From: Terriglobales bacterium
Lineage (GTDB): Bacteria; Acidobacteriota; Terriglobia; Terriglobales; Acidobacteriaceae
Assembly: GCA_036557105.1 (NCBI GenBank)
Contig: DATBIE010000108.1
Coordinates: 17,928-81,927 of the forward strand
Reading direction: 5' to 3'
Length of the DNA: 64,000 bases
The notes below the pieces were generated by a model. That model saw only the letters and a program-made list of their open reading frames with translations, did no database searches and was not told the DNA's origin. The translations under genes were made by a program, and so were the position numbers. Of this stretch, positions 36,826-47,402 are shown piece after piece; positions within the stretch are counted from its first letter, which is position 1; each line of letters begins with the position of its first letter.

Positions 36826-38372
36826 GCCAACAGTCCCTGCACGACATAAGCTGGCACAGGGCTGGTCAGCTTTTGATCGAGGCCTTGGAATTTGTAGGTA
36901 AATTTATTGTGATCAATCCCCAGACAATGAAGAATAGTCGCATTGAAGTCGCGTACGTGCACCGGGTCTTTCACGACGTTGTAGCTGTAGTCGTCGGTCT
37001 CACCATAGGTAATGCCGGGGCGGACACCGCCGCCGGCCATCCACGTGGTGAAGCACCGGGGATGATGATCGCGGCCGTAGTTGTCTTGAGTGAGGCCACC
37101 TTGGCTGTATACCGTGCGGCCAAACTCGCCCGCCCAGATCACCAATGTGTCATCGAGCAGCCCGCGCCGCTTCAGATCAGTAACCAGCGCATACGTCCCG
37201 CGGTCTGTCTCTTGACACAAGATGGGCAGCACTCCGACAACATCGCCGTGCACGTCCCATCCGCGCTTGTAGACTTGCGTGAAGCGCACGCCCCGTTCAG
37301 CCATGCGGCGGGCGAGCAGGCAATTGTAAGCATAAGTTCCAGGCTGTTTTGCGTCAGGACCGTACAGGTCCCACGTGGACTGCGGCTCCTTGCTGAGATC
37401 GGTGAGTTCCGGCACCGATGATTGCATCCGGAAAGCCATTTCGTATTGAGCAATTCGCGCGTTGGTTTCAGGATCGCCAATTTCCGCCATGGTCTGGCGA
37501 TTGATCTGTTCTACGGTGTCGAGCATTTTGCGGCGCGTGTCGCGATCCACTCCCGCCGGATTGTCGAGGTAAAGAACCGGATCGGCACCCGAGCGTAACC
37601 CTACGCCCGCGTATTCAGAAGACAGAAATCCACTGCTCCACAAGCGCGACGAAACCGGCTGATTGTTTTCTTTGGTGTTAGTCTTGGTCTGCAGGACCAC
37701 GAAGGTGGGCAGATTGTCGTTCATGCTGCCCAAGCCATACGCCAGCCATGCGCCCAGACATGGTTTCCCGGCATTCATGTTGCCCGTGTTCATCAGCATG
37801 ATGGCGGGCTCATGATTAATCGCGTCAGTATTCGTGGTCTTGATGATGGTGAGATCGTCCACCATCCGCGCGGTATAAGGTAACAGGCCGCTGATCCATG
37901 TACCGCTCTGGCCATGCTGCTCAAAAGGCCAATGCGAAGGCGCAATGGGGAAACGCGCCTGGCCAGCCGTCATGCCGGTCAACTGCTGGTTGCCGCGCAC
38001 CGAGGCCGGCATGTCTTTGTCGAATTGAGAGGCAAGGTTCGGCTTGTAGTCGAAGAGATCCATTTGCGGCGGGCCACCAGACATAAAAAGGTAGATTGCG
38101 CGTTTCGCCTTCGGAGCAAAATGCGGAAGGCGAAGATCGTTGCCGTCCTCGAGCGGCGACGTTTTCACGTACGCTTCGTCGGCAAAACCGCGCCGGCTCA
38201 TTCCACCCAAGAGTCCAGCCAGAGCGGCCCATCCCAGCACTTTTCCGGATCGCCCGAGAAACCGCCGCCGCGTTTCCATTGCGGCCCACTCCTGCTTAAC
38301 GCGGGCAGGAATAGGAAGATCCAGTGGAGTCGTGGAACATTCGCAGTCTGTACAAAGAGGATGTTGCTTCAT
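36822..38372 (-). CDS. TAT-exported DUF1501 (sulfatase-like) protein (module B, gene 2)
   Basis: ORF 36822..38372. The alternative ATG 38279 follows AGGAG and gives [12 protein letters not shown]. Motifs WAGEFGRT and [17 protein letters not shown]. Confidence 0.9.
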   Translation of the reverse strand: MKQHPLCTDCECSTTPLDLPIPARVKQEWAAMETRRRFLGRSGKVLGWAALAGLLGGMSRRGFADEAYVKTSPLEDGNDLRLPHFAPKAKRAIYLFMSGGPPQMDLFDYKPNLASQFDKDMPASVRGNQQLTGMTAGQARFPIAPSHWPFEQHGQSGTWISGLLPYTARMVDDLTIIKTTNTDAINHEPAIMLMNTGNMNAGKPCLGAWLAYGLGSMNDNLPTFVVLQTKTNTKENNQPVSSRLWSSGFLSSEYAGVGLRSGADPVLYLDNPAGVDRDTRRKMLDTVEQINRQTMAEIGDPETNARIAQYEMAFRMQSSVPELTDLSKEPQSTWDLYGPDAKQPGTYAYNCLLARRMAERGVRFTQVYKRGWDVHGDVVGVLPILCQETDRGTYALVTDLKRRGLLDDTLVIWAGEFGRTVYSQGGLTQDNYGRDHHPRCFTTWMAGGGVRPGITYGETDDYSYNVVKDPVHVRDFNATILHCLGIDHNKFTYKFQGLDQKLTSPVPAYVVQGLLA

Positions 38373-38383
38373 ATAGGTTCCCG

Positions 38384-41300
38384 TTACTTATTCATAGTTT
38401 CATCAAGATTCAACATTTCGTTGGCAACCATCGTCCAGGCGGCCAACTCCGGTTCCGGAATCGATGCGTCACGTTTTTTCTCGCCAATGCCGACAAGCGA
38501 GTGTGCAGCTTTGCGATCAGTGGCGTAGTGCTTTTGCATTTGGTTGAAAGAAGTCTCGAGCGCGGTTGCCATGGATGACGATGCATCGTGTCCGAGCAGA
38601 ATTTCGCTCATACGATTGATGCGCTGCCCGGGGTCGGGGCCGGCCTCGTGAATCACGCGTTGCGCCAGAGCGCGTGACGCCTCGACCCATTGCACGTCAT
38701 CCATCGTGACAAGCGCCTGAAGCGGCGTGTCAGTGCGTTGCCGGCGGGTGCACACCGCATCACGCATCGGCGCATCGAACGTATCCATGTTCGGCGGAGA
38801 CGCCATACGCTTTATATATGTGTACATGCTGCGGCGGTAAAGCGCATCGCCGTGGTCCTGAACGTAACGCAATGTGTCGCTGGTCGGATAGCTGACTTCT
38901 TCCCAAATATTCGGGGGTTGATAGGGCTTTACGCTCGGGCCGCCAATCTTTTCGACGAGTAGTCCGCTGGCCTGCAGCGCGATATCGCGCAGCATCTCCG
39001 CATCCATCCGGAACCGGGGCCCGTGAGACAAGAGCAGATTCCGGGGATCTTTGGCGAGCTGCTGCGGATTTGATTTTGCACTCTGCCGATAGACCGCCGA
39101 CATCACGATCAGCTTGTACATGTGCTTGACGTTCCATCCACTGTCGCGGAATTCAACCGCCAGCCAGTCGAGCAGCTCGGGATGAGTCGGCCTCTGGCCC
39201 ATGATGCCGAAGTCTTCTGTGGTTTCGACGATGCCTGTCCCGAACAGCTCGTACCACATTCGGTTCACCGTCACACGCGCGGTGAGGGGGTTCGAGGGAC
39301 TCACGGTCCACTTGGCCAAGGCGAGTCGATTGTGAGGTTCGCCCGACGGCAATGGTGGCAGGAAGTGCGGCGTGTCAGCTTCCACGCGCTCGGTGCGGGC
39401 AGTGTAATTACCGCGTGTCAACACGTGTGCATAGGCGAGCGCAGATTTTTCCCAGGAAACCTGGGTGAGGTTGCCGCCCTTTGAAAGCTGGTCAAGTTGT
39501 TTATTGAGCGGAGATATCTCAGCTCGAATTGTTTTAAATGAGGGATCCACATGATTGAGGTAAAACTCGCTCATCACGTGCCACTGGTCTTTCGTCCACT
39601 GCGAAGCCGGATGCGATGCAATTTCTGCGGCATAGTCTTCGAACGGAAGTCGCTCGACTTCATCAGGTGTGAGAGCGCGCGCGTATAACCGCACATCCTG
39701 ATAGCGGGCGTCCTTTGCAGGATGGTCGTCAGGATTGCGCCAGCCGAGTTGCATCGGCGCCTCAGTGCGGATCGTTGCCCGGCGGAGATTATCGCTGACG
39801 ACGCGAGTTGCGATTGGCTGTCCGTTCACGAAGATTTTTATTCCGGAGGCACGATCGGAGCCGTCGTAAGTGAAAAATATGTGTTTCCATGCGCCGTCCA
39901 AAGCCAGCGGAGTAATGGAGACAACGCGGACCGCAACCTCCGGAGTTTTGTCCGTTGGAGGTTCTTTCATCGAAGGCTTTTTTTTCTTCGCCTCGGCTTC
40001 CCCTTTTTTGGCTGCGTCTTTCTCAGCCTTGAGCTGCGCGGGCGGCTTGTTGGGAGCCAAATCTTTCTTGCTGAGGTCCTCTGGAGTGGGGTAGTTGAAT
40101 GGTTCCTTGGCCTCGATTTTTTTCTCGGCTTTGTTCTTGGCTGATTTCCTTTCTTTCTCCTTCGAATCAGCATCCCTCGACATCTGGTTCACCAATGCCA
40201 CGCTCAGGAATCCGTCGTCGTCAGCAGAGAGTTCCCAGCCCCTATCGTGCTGGGTGGAGTCCATCTTCGAAATTAAGGTGCCAAAGCTTCCCGGGTGAAA
40301 CGGCGCGGAGCGGAACATGAACCAACCGCCGGACGAGAAGGCCTGAGTGGCCTCGTAATTACCGGTCTGTCCGAGGAGCACTCGCGTGCTCGACTGCATG
40401 CGGAAATCCGGCCACAGCCATGTGGTCTCGCCCCACTCTCCCTTAAGCGTAGAAGTGCGGAATACAGCAGGGTTCGCGTTAGGCACGCTATTTTTTAATT
40501 CTTCTCCTCTGCCTTCATCGAGCCGCATGCGCACGACAAGATCATTGGTCGACACCGCGCGAGGAGGGTTCTTGCCGGAAGCGAGCCATTGAGCTACCAA
40601 GCCATGGCTGTTGCGGCGCATCTCGCGCAATTTGTCCTGAAGCTGGGAGCGCTGAGCGACAACACGATCGTAAGCATCACGGTTCCGCGCGGTGGGAATG
40701 CGCACCACCGGAGCCCAAACCGGACGGTCGTCATTAAATGGTTTCTCGTCTATGTTGTTGAAGAAGGCGCTCAGCGCGTAGAAATCGTGCTGCGTAGTTG
40801 GATCGAACTTGTGGTCATGACACACAGCGCAACCGACCGTAAGTCCCATGAATGTAGCGCCGAAAGCCTCCGTGCGCTCGCGGGCGATGTTCACGCGTAA
40901 TTCCTCGGGAATGGTGCCGCCCTCATTGCTGCTAACTCCTAACCGCACATACCCGCTGCCTATCAATGGATCGAGATTCTTCTTCGGCATGAGATCGCCG
41001 GCAATCTGCTCCATCGCGAACTGGTCAAACGGCTTATTGGTGTTGAAAGAGCGGATCACATAATCGCGATACGGCCAGATGTCGCGACTGTTGTCGAAAT
41101 GCAGGCCGTAGGTATCGGCATAGCGCGCGTAGTCAAGCCAGTAGCGAGCGCGCTGCTCACCGAATGTTGGCCGTGCGAGGAGCCCGTCCACCCGATGTTC
41201 ATAGGCGTCCGGCGATTTATCGTTCACGAATGCGCGAACTTCCTCAGGAGTGGGCAGCAGTCCCGTGAGGTCGAGCGTGACGCGACGGATAAGAAGAGCC

Positions 41301-41914
41301 TTGCCAGCTTCCGGAGAAGGAGACAGGCCCGATTGTTCCAGCTTTGCAAGAATGAAGTTGTCGATTGGAGTCTTCGCCCACCCGGCGTTGTTTTGTGTGT
41401 TGGGGACCGCCGGACGAACAGGTACCTCAAAAGCCCAGTGCGGACGATACACCGCACCTTCACGGATCCACTCTTTGAGCGTCGCGATCTCGCCCGCGCT
41501 CATCGGCTTTGCCACGCCCTGAGCATTCTGCGGCATGAGGTAATGCGGGTCAGTCGACTCGATGCGCTTCACCAGTTCGCTTTTTTCCGGATGCCCGGGA
41601 ACGATCGCGTCCGGACGATTGGGCCGCTTCCGCATTGCCCACTCGGCCAGGTCAAGACGAAGACCCGCTTTGCGCATCTCCGGGTCCGGACCATGACAGC
41701 TGAAACAGCGACTGGAGAGGATTGGCTGCACGTCCTGGTTGAAGTCAAGCCGCGTTTGTGTCTTATGGCAAGCAGAAAGCGAGGACGCGAGAAAGCAAAT
41801 TAAGAGAGTCTGGAACACCAGACCTACGTGCCGATTCGGCCTAGAGCGTGCCGACGTTATGTGTTCTGTCTTCACGACAGATTGTTTGAGGATTGGATCG
41901 GTCCCTGACTCCAC
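38384..41914 (-). CDS. PSCyt (CxxCH) / DUF1549 / LamG-like / DUF1553 protein (module B, gene 1)
   Basis: ORF 38384..41914 with a GTG start. An alternative GTG near 41818 would give a lipoprotein-like signal ending [17 protein letters not shown]1549-like [37 protein letters not shown], a concanavalin/LamG-like insert split by a Lys/Glu-rich stretch, and DUF1553-like [20 protein letters not shown]. Confidence 0.85.
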   Translation of the reverse strand: MESGTDPILKQSVVKTEHITSARSRPNRHVGLVFQTLLICFLASSLSACHKTQTRLDFNQDVQPILSSRCFSCHGPDPEMRKAGLRLDLAEWAMRKRPNRPDAIVPGHPEKSELVKRIESTDPHYLMPQNAQGVAKPMSAGEIATLKEWIREGAVYRPHWAFEVPVRPAVPNTQNNAGWAKTPIDNFILAKLEQSGLSPSPEAGKALLIRRVTLDLTGLLPTPEEVRAFVNDKSPDAYEHRVDGLLARPTFGEQRARYWLDYARYADTYGLHFDNSRDIWPYRDYVIRSFNTNKPFDQFAMEQIAGDLMPKKNLDPLIGSGYVRLGVSSNEGGTIPEELRVNIARERTEAFGATFMGLTVGCAVCHDHKFDPTTQHDFYALSAFFNNIDEKPFNDDRPVWAPVVRIPTARNRDAYDRVVAQRSQLQDKLREMRRNSHGLVAQWLASGKNPPRAVSTNDLVVRMRLDEGRGEELKNSVPNANPAVFRTSTLKGEWGETTWLWPDFRMQSSTRVLLGQTGNYEATQAFSSGGWFMFRSAPFHPGSFGTLISKMDSTQHDRGWELSADDDGFLSVALVNQMSRDADSKEKERKSAKNKAEKKIEAKEPFNYPTPEDLSKKDLAPNKPPAQLKAEKDAAKKGEAEAKKKKPSMKEPPTDKTPEVAVRVVSITPLALDGAWKHIFFTYDGSDRASGIKIFVNGQPIATRVVSDNLRRATIRTEAPMQLGWRNPDDHPAKDARYQDVRLYARALTPDEVERLPFEDYAAEIASHPASQWTKDQWHVMSEFYLNHVDPSFKTIRAEISPLNKQLDQLSKGGNLTQVSWEKSALAYAHVLTRGNYTARTERVEADTPHFLPPLPSGEPHNRLALAKWTVSPSNPLTARVTVNRMWYELFGTGIVETTEDFGIMGQRPTHPELLDWLAVEFRDSGWNVKHMYKLIVMSAVYRQSAKSNPQQLAKDPRNLLLSHGPRFRMDAEMLRDIALQASGLLVEKIGGPSVKPYQPPNIWEEVSYPTSDTLRYVQDHGDALYRRSMYTYIKRMASPPNMDTFDAPMRDAVCTRRQRTDTPLQALVTMDDVQWVEASRALAQRVIHEAGPDPGQRINRMSEILLGHDASSSMATALETSFNQMQKHYATDRKAAHSLVGIGEKKRDASIPEPELAAWTMVANEMLNLDETMNK

Positions 41915-42428
41915 GACCCGTACATATTACTGCTGATTCTTGTCGATTTCACGATGGTTTAACTTCGCTATTTCTTGAATCTGAGCCACAACCGCGCGCG
42001 TTTCGACCAGAGCTCAGAATCGGATTGACCACACTCCATGCGATCTGAAAGTAGTGTTTCGCTTCCCAATCTTCCATGGCTCACCTGTTGAGAAGAGACG
42101 CAAGGCCGTTACGTGACATTCGCCAATCTTCGTTTGATATCTTTGGTGAGCCCCAGCGGTACCAATGACTCCGCAACAGGACCCACCTGTCAGGAGTCAT
42201 CAGCACCCTTCATCGGATGCGGTTAAGGCGAACTCCCTCGCCTTTTCAAGATGTGACGACCCCTATAGCAAAACCGTCAGCATGCAGCACATGTTTAATT
42301 ATTGCTCGACTGAGATCGCGGAAACCTTCTTCATTGCCGGTCTCCTTCTACCTCTTGTCCTTAAAGCACGTCCATGACCTGGGAGCGTACAGCATCCCGT
42401 CGGAAACCGGCCTTTTCATCCCATCTGT

Positions 42429-44162
42429 TTACGATTGTTCTAAATACTTTGCGACGACCTGCTCCAAATTAAAGTGCATCCCTTCGCGACCCACCACCTT
42501 ATCAAGCCCAGCGCGCTGGACCACATCCAGAACTTCCGGGTTGAGTCCTACGAGCCATGTTGAGATTCCTAGAACACGTTGACGCCTTTCTCCTTCAATC
42601 AGCATTCTGAGCGCTGTATATTCGAGATCCGGAACAGCGCTAAGATCGATGGCTACAATTCTTGGAGAAGTTCGTCTTATCAATGCTCGAATCTTTTCTG
42701 CGACGCGCTCGGCATTTGCGAAAAAAATGCGCCCTTCCATTCTTAGCAGCAACAAGCCAGGGAAAGTCTCGTCGTCATAGTGCTCATCGGATAATGGCCG
42801 GAAGACGTTCGTGCCCCGCTTGCGACTCACCGCATATACCGCCGGATTTGCCGCCTGATACGAAAGTGCTATCAGTGAAACAACGATCGCTACGAGGATT
42901 CCTTTGAGAGTTCCGAAAAGCACGACTCCAGCAAATGCGGTGAGTGCCCAGACAAACTCAGTTCGTCTGATTTTCAGAATCGATGAGAACTCTCGGGGTC
43001 GTATCAGTCCGACCGAATAAACGATAACGACAGCAGCGAGCGTTGCTTGCGGCATTAAGGCAATCAGAGGGGAAAGCAAAAGCATTGTCGCAAGTGCCGT
43101 GCCTGCCAGCACTAATTCCGCGATCTGGCTGCGGGCCCCCGCCAAGTGATTGACAGCCGTCTGAGTCGTACCGCCGCCGGCTGGCATCGATCCCCAAAAA
43201 GCTCCTATCGCATTGGCAAGACCCGTTGCCAGCAACTCCCGGTTAGGTCGCGGCGTGGGATCGTCAACTCTGGCAAACGCCCGGCCGGCGGCAATTGTCT
43301 CAGTGAAGCTCATCAAGGCGATGCCCAGCGCCCCCGGCCAAAGCTGCGCAGCGAGCGTGAACTCCGGAACTGTTATAGGTGGCAAACCCGCAGGAATGCG
43401 TCCCACCAATTCCACTCCATGCGCGTGCAAATCTAAGAATGAAGCGCCGAAGATTCCCAAAGCCACGGCGGCCAGTGGAGCTGGTATGCGCGGCGATAGC
43501 CGCTCTGCTCCGGCGAGAAATAGCATCGTCACGAGGCCGACAGCGAGAGTAAACAAGGACACATTAGGAACCTGATGGACGATGTTCACAATGTTGGTAA
43601 GGAACGAGCCCCTTGGGAAGTGGATACCGAGGATTTTGGGTACTTGATCCAGGATAATTACCACTCCTATGCCAGCCTTGAACCCCACCAAGACTGGCTC
43701 CGAGATGAAATTCGCGACGAAACCCAGCCTGAGTAGCCACGCCAGTATTAACGCGATTCCGACCAGGAACGTGAGCACTGCTGTAGCTTTGACCATGGCT
43801 GCTATGTCGCCACTGGGAACCACCTGTGCAAGCTCAGTGCTGGTCAGGATCGCGAGTGTAGTTGTGGTGGTGACGCTGAGTGGCCGAGAAGTCCCCAAAA
43901 TTGCGTAAATGACCGCTGGAATGAAAGCGGTATACAGACCTACCTGAACTGGCAAGCCGGCGATAGTCGCATATGCCATCGCTTTGGGGATGACTACGGC
44001 TGCGCTTGTAAGGCCGGCGATTAGGTCTGCTTGGAACCAAGCTTTCTGATACGTAGCTGGCCAGTCTAGTACCGCAATGTGACGTCTAAGCGACGACGAT
44101 TTCAGGTTAGGTGCGGACTGCATTATCCAGATGCCGAAAAAATGACGATATCCAACCGGCAT
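42429..44162 (-). CDS. SulP-family anion transporter with a C-terminal STAS domain
   Basis: Lies inside ORF 42429..44276. The start is set at ATG 44162 (alternative 44123) to avoid overlap with the upstream gene. Multi-TM SulP core followed by STAS (IVAIDLSAVPDLEYTALRMLIEG...). Confidence 0.85.
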   Translation of the reverse strand: MPVGYRHFFGIWIMQSAPNLKSSSLRRHIAVLDWPATYQKAWFQADLIAGLTSAAVVIPKAMAYATIAGLPVQVGLYTAFIPAVIYAILGTSRPLSVTTTTTLAILTSTELAQVVPSGDIAAMVKATAVLTFLVGIALILAWLLRLGFVANFISEPVLVGFKAGIGVVIILDQVPKILGIHFPRGSFLTNIVNIVHQVPNVSLFTLAVGLVTMLFLAGAERLSPRIPAPLAAVALGIFGASFLDLHAHGVELVGRIPAGLPPITVPEFTLAAQLWPGALGIALMSFTETIAAGRAFARVDDPTPRPNRELLATGLANAIGAFWGSMPAGGGTTQTAVNHLAGARSQIAELVLAGTALATMLLLSPLIALMPQATLAAVVIVYSVGLIRPREFSSILKIRRTEFVWALTAFAGVVLFGTLKGILVAIVVSLIALSYQAANPAVYAVSRKRGTNVFRPLSDEHYDDETFPGLLLLRMEGRIFFANAERVAEKIRALIRRTSPRIVAIDLSAVPDLEYTALRMLIEGERRQRVLGISTWLVGLNPEVLDVVQRAGLDKVVGREGMHFNLEQVVAKYLEQS

Positions 44163-44203
44163 GGATCTGAACTCTGTCAATATGTTCAGGGTATCGAGCT
44201 GAG

Positions 44204-44860
44204 TTATCCGCCGAGTGCGATGGTCAAAGCAACGAGGGTGCAGCCGAGCACTACCAGCGTTGCTCCAGTCAGCCACGGTTTGTACTCAGCACATTTTCCG
44301 AATGCGTATCCTGATACAAACAGGAGCACGACGGCAATCGCGTTAGAGACGCGCATGGCATGCCTAACTTCATTCATGACCAGAAACGGAATTGCTACCG
44401 GGAATGTGACAATAAACACCCAAAAGAACACCATCAAGGCAGCGAACCATTCCTCTTTTCGCAATCCCGGATACTCTGGACAGCGAGGCAGCTCCGTCAG
44501 CTTTAATCGCATCACCTCATATTCCACGGGAGTGAACATTCTGGCGATGACTGGTGGCAAGACACCGCCGATGGCTTCATAAGCCAGTTCTGGATTTTGG
44601 GCATTCTCGAGCGCCCGCCAAGCACGGATCGCATGCCCCTTCTCTGCCAGGCACCCCATCAAATAGAAAATTCCATCGATGAGACCCCACGCTATGTTGC
44701 AGCCCAGAGCGGCGATCAACATGGTGCGCACCTCCGCACGGCCCGACTCGGCGACGCTAAGAGAACCGGTAAACGTCAGCACCATGATCAATCCAAACAA
44801 CACTTCCGCGATCCGTTCGCCCGCGGTCAGAAATCGTGTCGATGGGACAATGCCTATCAT
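44204..44860 (-). CDS. VIT1/CCC1-like membrane protein (putative Fe/Mn transporter family)
   Basis: ORF 44204..44860. The N-terminal TM pair, a soluble helical middle and a C-terminal TM trio ending LVVLGCTLVALTIALGG fit the VIT-family layout as I remember it. Confidence 0.55.
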   Translation of the reverse strand: MIGIVPSTRFLTAGERIAEVLFGLIMVLTFTGSLSVAESGRAEVRTMLIAALGCNIAWGLIDGIFYLMGCLAEKGHAIRAWRALENAQNPELAYEAIGGVLPPVIARMFTPVEYEVMRLKLTELPRCPEYPGLRKEEWFAALMVFFWVFIVTFPVAIPFLVMNEVRHAMRVSNAIAVVLLFVSGYAFGKCAEYKPWLTGATLVVLGCTLVALTIALGG

Positions 44861-45946
44861 TAGTCCGTCCCGAGCATTTGTGTCTCCATAAGAGAGGACA
44901 AGTGACGCAACGATTAACGCCAGTTAGATCTTTATTAGCGATCTATTAATCATCGCCTACTGGCATTTTCAACAGTGGACGCATGAACCTCGTGCATCGA
45001 AGATCGGACTGTGGACGGCACTAGTGATGACTCTCCGACAGACATTACTTTGTGAATGGATAAAGCGTCTGGGTTACAAAATGGGTAATCAGGCGAAACT
45101 CTACGGGATGAGATTCCACTTAATTTCGGATCCATTCTGTATAGCGAATGATCTTGTGGTTGTTGATACTGAAGAACTAAAGTCGGGCAAAAAAATCCGT
45201 GTACGCCTACCCAGCGGCCTCGTGCGAATTGCACATGTCGAGATTCCACAAGACATTGATGGATGCCCTAGAGCGCCAGGACGATAACACAAACAATCAA
45301 ATAATGCCGCTCGTTCTCTTGATCGTCAAAGATATCTCGCGAGGATTACACAAATGTCGCAAGTACATTCGAAAAGGTTTCATGTTCTTGAGCAACAACC
45401 CAGCACAACCTCCAAAAAGCGCCGCTGCCAGCATGTCAAAATGGTGATTGCGCGCATTTTTTCAAAGCATCGTGAATACATGAGACGAACTTCCCTTCGG
45501 CGTGTTGTGGCGGATGACGAAGATACGGATTGCAATTTTCGCTACTAGTACTCATTCGAATTCGAGTTTGTCCGCTATACAACCGTATAAGAAAGTACAG
45601 TGGGACGGGCTTTCAGAGGCGTAATATGCAGGTGTCACCATGGGTTGGGGCGGCCAAAACCAACCACACGGCTTGGTTCTTTCCGGCTCTAATGTTGTGA
45701 CAGCTGACTATCCCAGCTGGGCGTCCACGGCCACTGGATTTTGGGGATCAACTTTGGGGCGCTGGCATCTGGAGCGATAAGAATCCGCGCTTCAAGGCCT
45801 TGGTACTCATTCAAATTTAAAGATGGCGTGTTCACAATTATCTACTATCCGGGCTCGTCCATAACAAACATGACCAGCGTTAGTGATAAGGGCGTGATTG
45901 TGGATGAGCTGGGTTCGGGCAGAATACGCGAGTACACTATTGCGCA

Positions 45947-47029
45947 ATGCATGTTCAATCGGATACGACTCTACGCGGTTCTGCCGTCGGACTTTTCCTG
46001 TTCGACATTTGCGAAGAAGTTGATCTGGACCGAGTGCGCTCCGTCCTAGGGGCTCGACGTTTGGGAGAGGGGCTGAAGCATGCGGCGGCGGAGCAGCTGT
46101 TTTTTGAACGGCCGCCAGTTGTCGAGCACACCCACTTGACCGGCTACGACCAAGCCCAGGTTCGCGTGAAGTACTACGACTACGGAGTCCTCAGTGTTCT
46201 GGTGGAATTTCCATTCGCGGGTGAGTGGAGTGACCTCGTTGGCCTTGCTTCCCGGTGGATTTCTGGAAGTGACTTGCCAAAAAGGGCCGAGGAGATAGCG
46301 CGTGACAGAGTTATGCGAACCAAGTCTGCTCTCAACAAACCTTACGACACATGGTTGAGTGAGGACTACTTTATCTTCTTCATTCGAGAGATCAAAGGGT
46401 CGCCCTCGGCTGAACAATTGCTGAATTCCTGTGGACAGCATATCGCCCAGGTTGTGCGCGGGGAAAACTTACCACTTTCTTCGGATGAACGGCGCGAAAT
46501 TCTGCAGTCTGCAATGTCGTACTACCCCAATGACCTGGCCGTGCTCAGCTGGAATGGCGCATTCATCTACGACTCAGCTGCCGGCTCTGAAACTACTCTC
46601 CAGTTGCTCGAATATGCCAACTCGCAACTTCTGGAGTTCCGCCACTATGACGAGCTGATGACGAAAGAATTGGCGCGCGTGTACGACGTCCTGGAGCGGC
46701 ATTCGACTCTATTGAGGCGCTGGCGTTTGCCGCGAGAAGCCTCACGCTTGCAGACCGTCCTGCTGGATGTAACCGAGCTAACCGAACGAGCCGAGAACGC
46801 GATCAAGTTCCTGAGTGACATGTTTTCAGCTCGTCTATATCGATTGGCGGCAGCCAAAGTCGGAGTGCCTGACTATAGGAGTCTCACGCAAGAAAAACTC
46901 CGTACCGCAGAAGATCTTTACCGCTTTCTGATCGATGAATTCCATCAATCGCGGACGTTTTGGGTCGAAGTGCTGGTTGTCTTAATTTTGCTTATAGAAC
47001 TCGGGTATGTCTTTCGGGGAAAGATGTAG
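45947..47029 (+). CDS. RMD1/DUF155-like protein with a single C-terminal TM helix
   Basis: ORF 45947..47029. N-terminal alpha/beta part (VRVKYYDYGVLSVLVEF), long helical region, and C-terminal TM FWVEVLVVLILLIELGYVF. The family assignment is tentative. Confidence 0.5.
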   Translation: MHVQSDTTLRGSAVGLFLFDICEEVDLDRVRSVLGARRLGEGLKHAAAEQLFFERPPVVEHTHLTGYDQAQVRVKYYDYGVLSVLVEFPFAGEWSDLVGLASRWISGSDLPKRAEEIARDRVMRTKSALNKPYDTWLSEDYFIFFIREIKGSPSAEQLLNSCGQHIAQVVRGENLPLSSDERREILQSAMSYYPNDLAVLSWNGAFIYDSAAGSETTLQLLEYANSQLLEFRHYDELMTKELARVYDVLERHSTLLRRWRLPREASRLQTVLLDVTELTERAENAIKFLSDMFSARLYRLAAAKVGVPDYRSLTQEKLRTAEDLYRFLIDEFHQSRTFWVEVLVVLILLIELGYVFRGKM

Positions 47030-47402
47030 CTTGGCCGAAGACTCGCTTATCCGGAAAAAAAGCGAGTGCGGATCCCGCCACAATCTTCAAGATCGCAGGC
47101 GGAACGAGCCCGCCTAACGGCCTGAGTGTCCGGCCATGGAAGCCAGTCTGACAGAGGACATCGGGAGCCCTGGAGAACTCAAGTAAGCCGCGAACTTTCT
47201 CTAAAAAGACCGCGGTCTAGTTCGCCGCGTCGGCTGCTCAGGTTATCCAAGCGGTCGCATACTGGCAATTGTGGCAGTGTCCGGCGACAGAGCCCCAACA
47301 TTAAAATCCGATTCGCACGTGCAATTCTCAGCTGATCGCTTGTCACTCGGCAATCCCCGACGTTCACGAAGGCATGAAGTGAACAAAAGACTAACAGTGA
47401 AG

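Noticed and set aside
36606-37421. Long antisense or out-of-frame ORFs lie inside large genes. Examples are 36606..37421, 36287..36847, 54554..55486, 18174..18899, 21804..22535, 23615..24370, 23936..24544, 61804..62598, 41099..41803 and 49104..49811.
   Set aside because: These are shadow ORFs typical of GC-rich coding DNA. They have Arg/Ala/Pro/Ser-rich compositions, no motifs and no SD, and each fully overlaps a gene with clear family signatures.
14331-41914. I considered whether modules A and B form a recent large inverted DNA repeat, either as a mobile-element boundary or as an invertible segment mediated by homologous recombination.
   Set aside because: By eye, nucleotide identity is limited to short motif-coding patches. 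The proteins are clearly diverged and of different lengths. No recombinase, transposase or terminal repeats are present, so this is ancient paralogy rather than an active element.
41915-42428. Short minus-strand frames lie between module B and the SulP gene (for example MEDWEAKHYFQIAWSVVNPILS..., 42 aa, and MTPDRWVLLRSHWYRWGSPK..., 39 aa). I considered them as a degraded PIN/toxin-antitoxin remnant.
   Set aside because: The frames are disconnected and very short, and I could not align any diagnostic PIN or RelE/ParE motif.
45024-45287. An 87-aa plus-strand ORF (…MGNQAKLYGMRFHLISDPFCIANDLVVVDTEELKSGKKIRVRLPSGLVRIAHVE…) lies in the low-GC region.
   Set aside because: The composition is protein-like, but there is no SD, the start is ambiguous, it overlaps a 99-aa ORF on the other strand, and it has no family. 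It is reported only as part of the low-GC region finding.
47041-47067. A hairpin ACTCGCT-13 nt-AGCGAGT follows the RMD1-like gene, and the GACCGCGGTC palindrome lies at 47207..47216.
   Set aside because: The stem is only 7 bp with a large A-rich loop and no U-tract. The palindrome is a short GC-rich sequence without context. Neither is strong enough to annotate.
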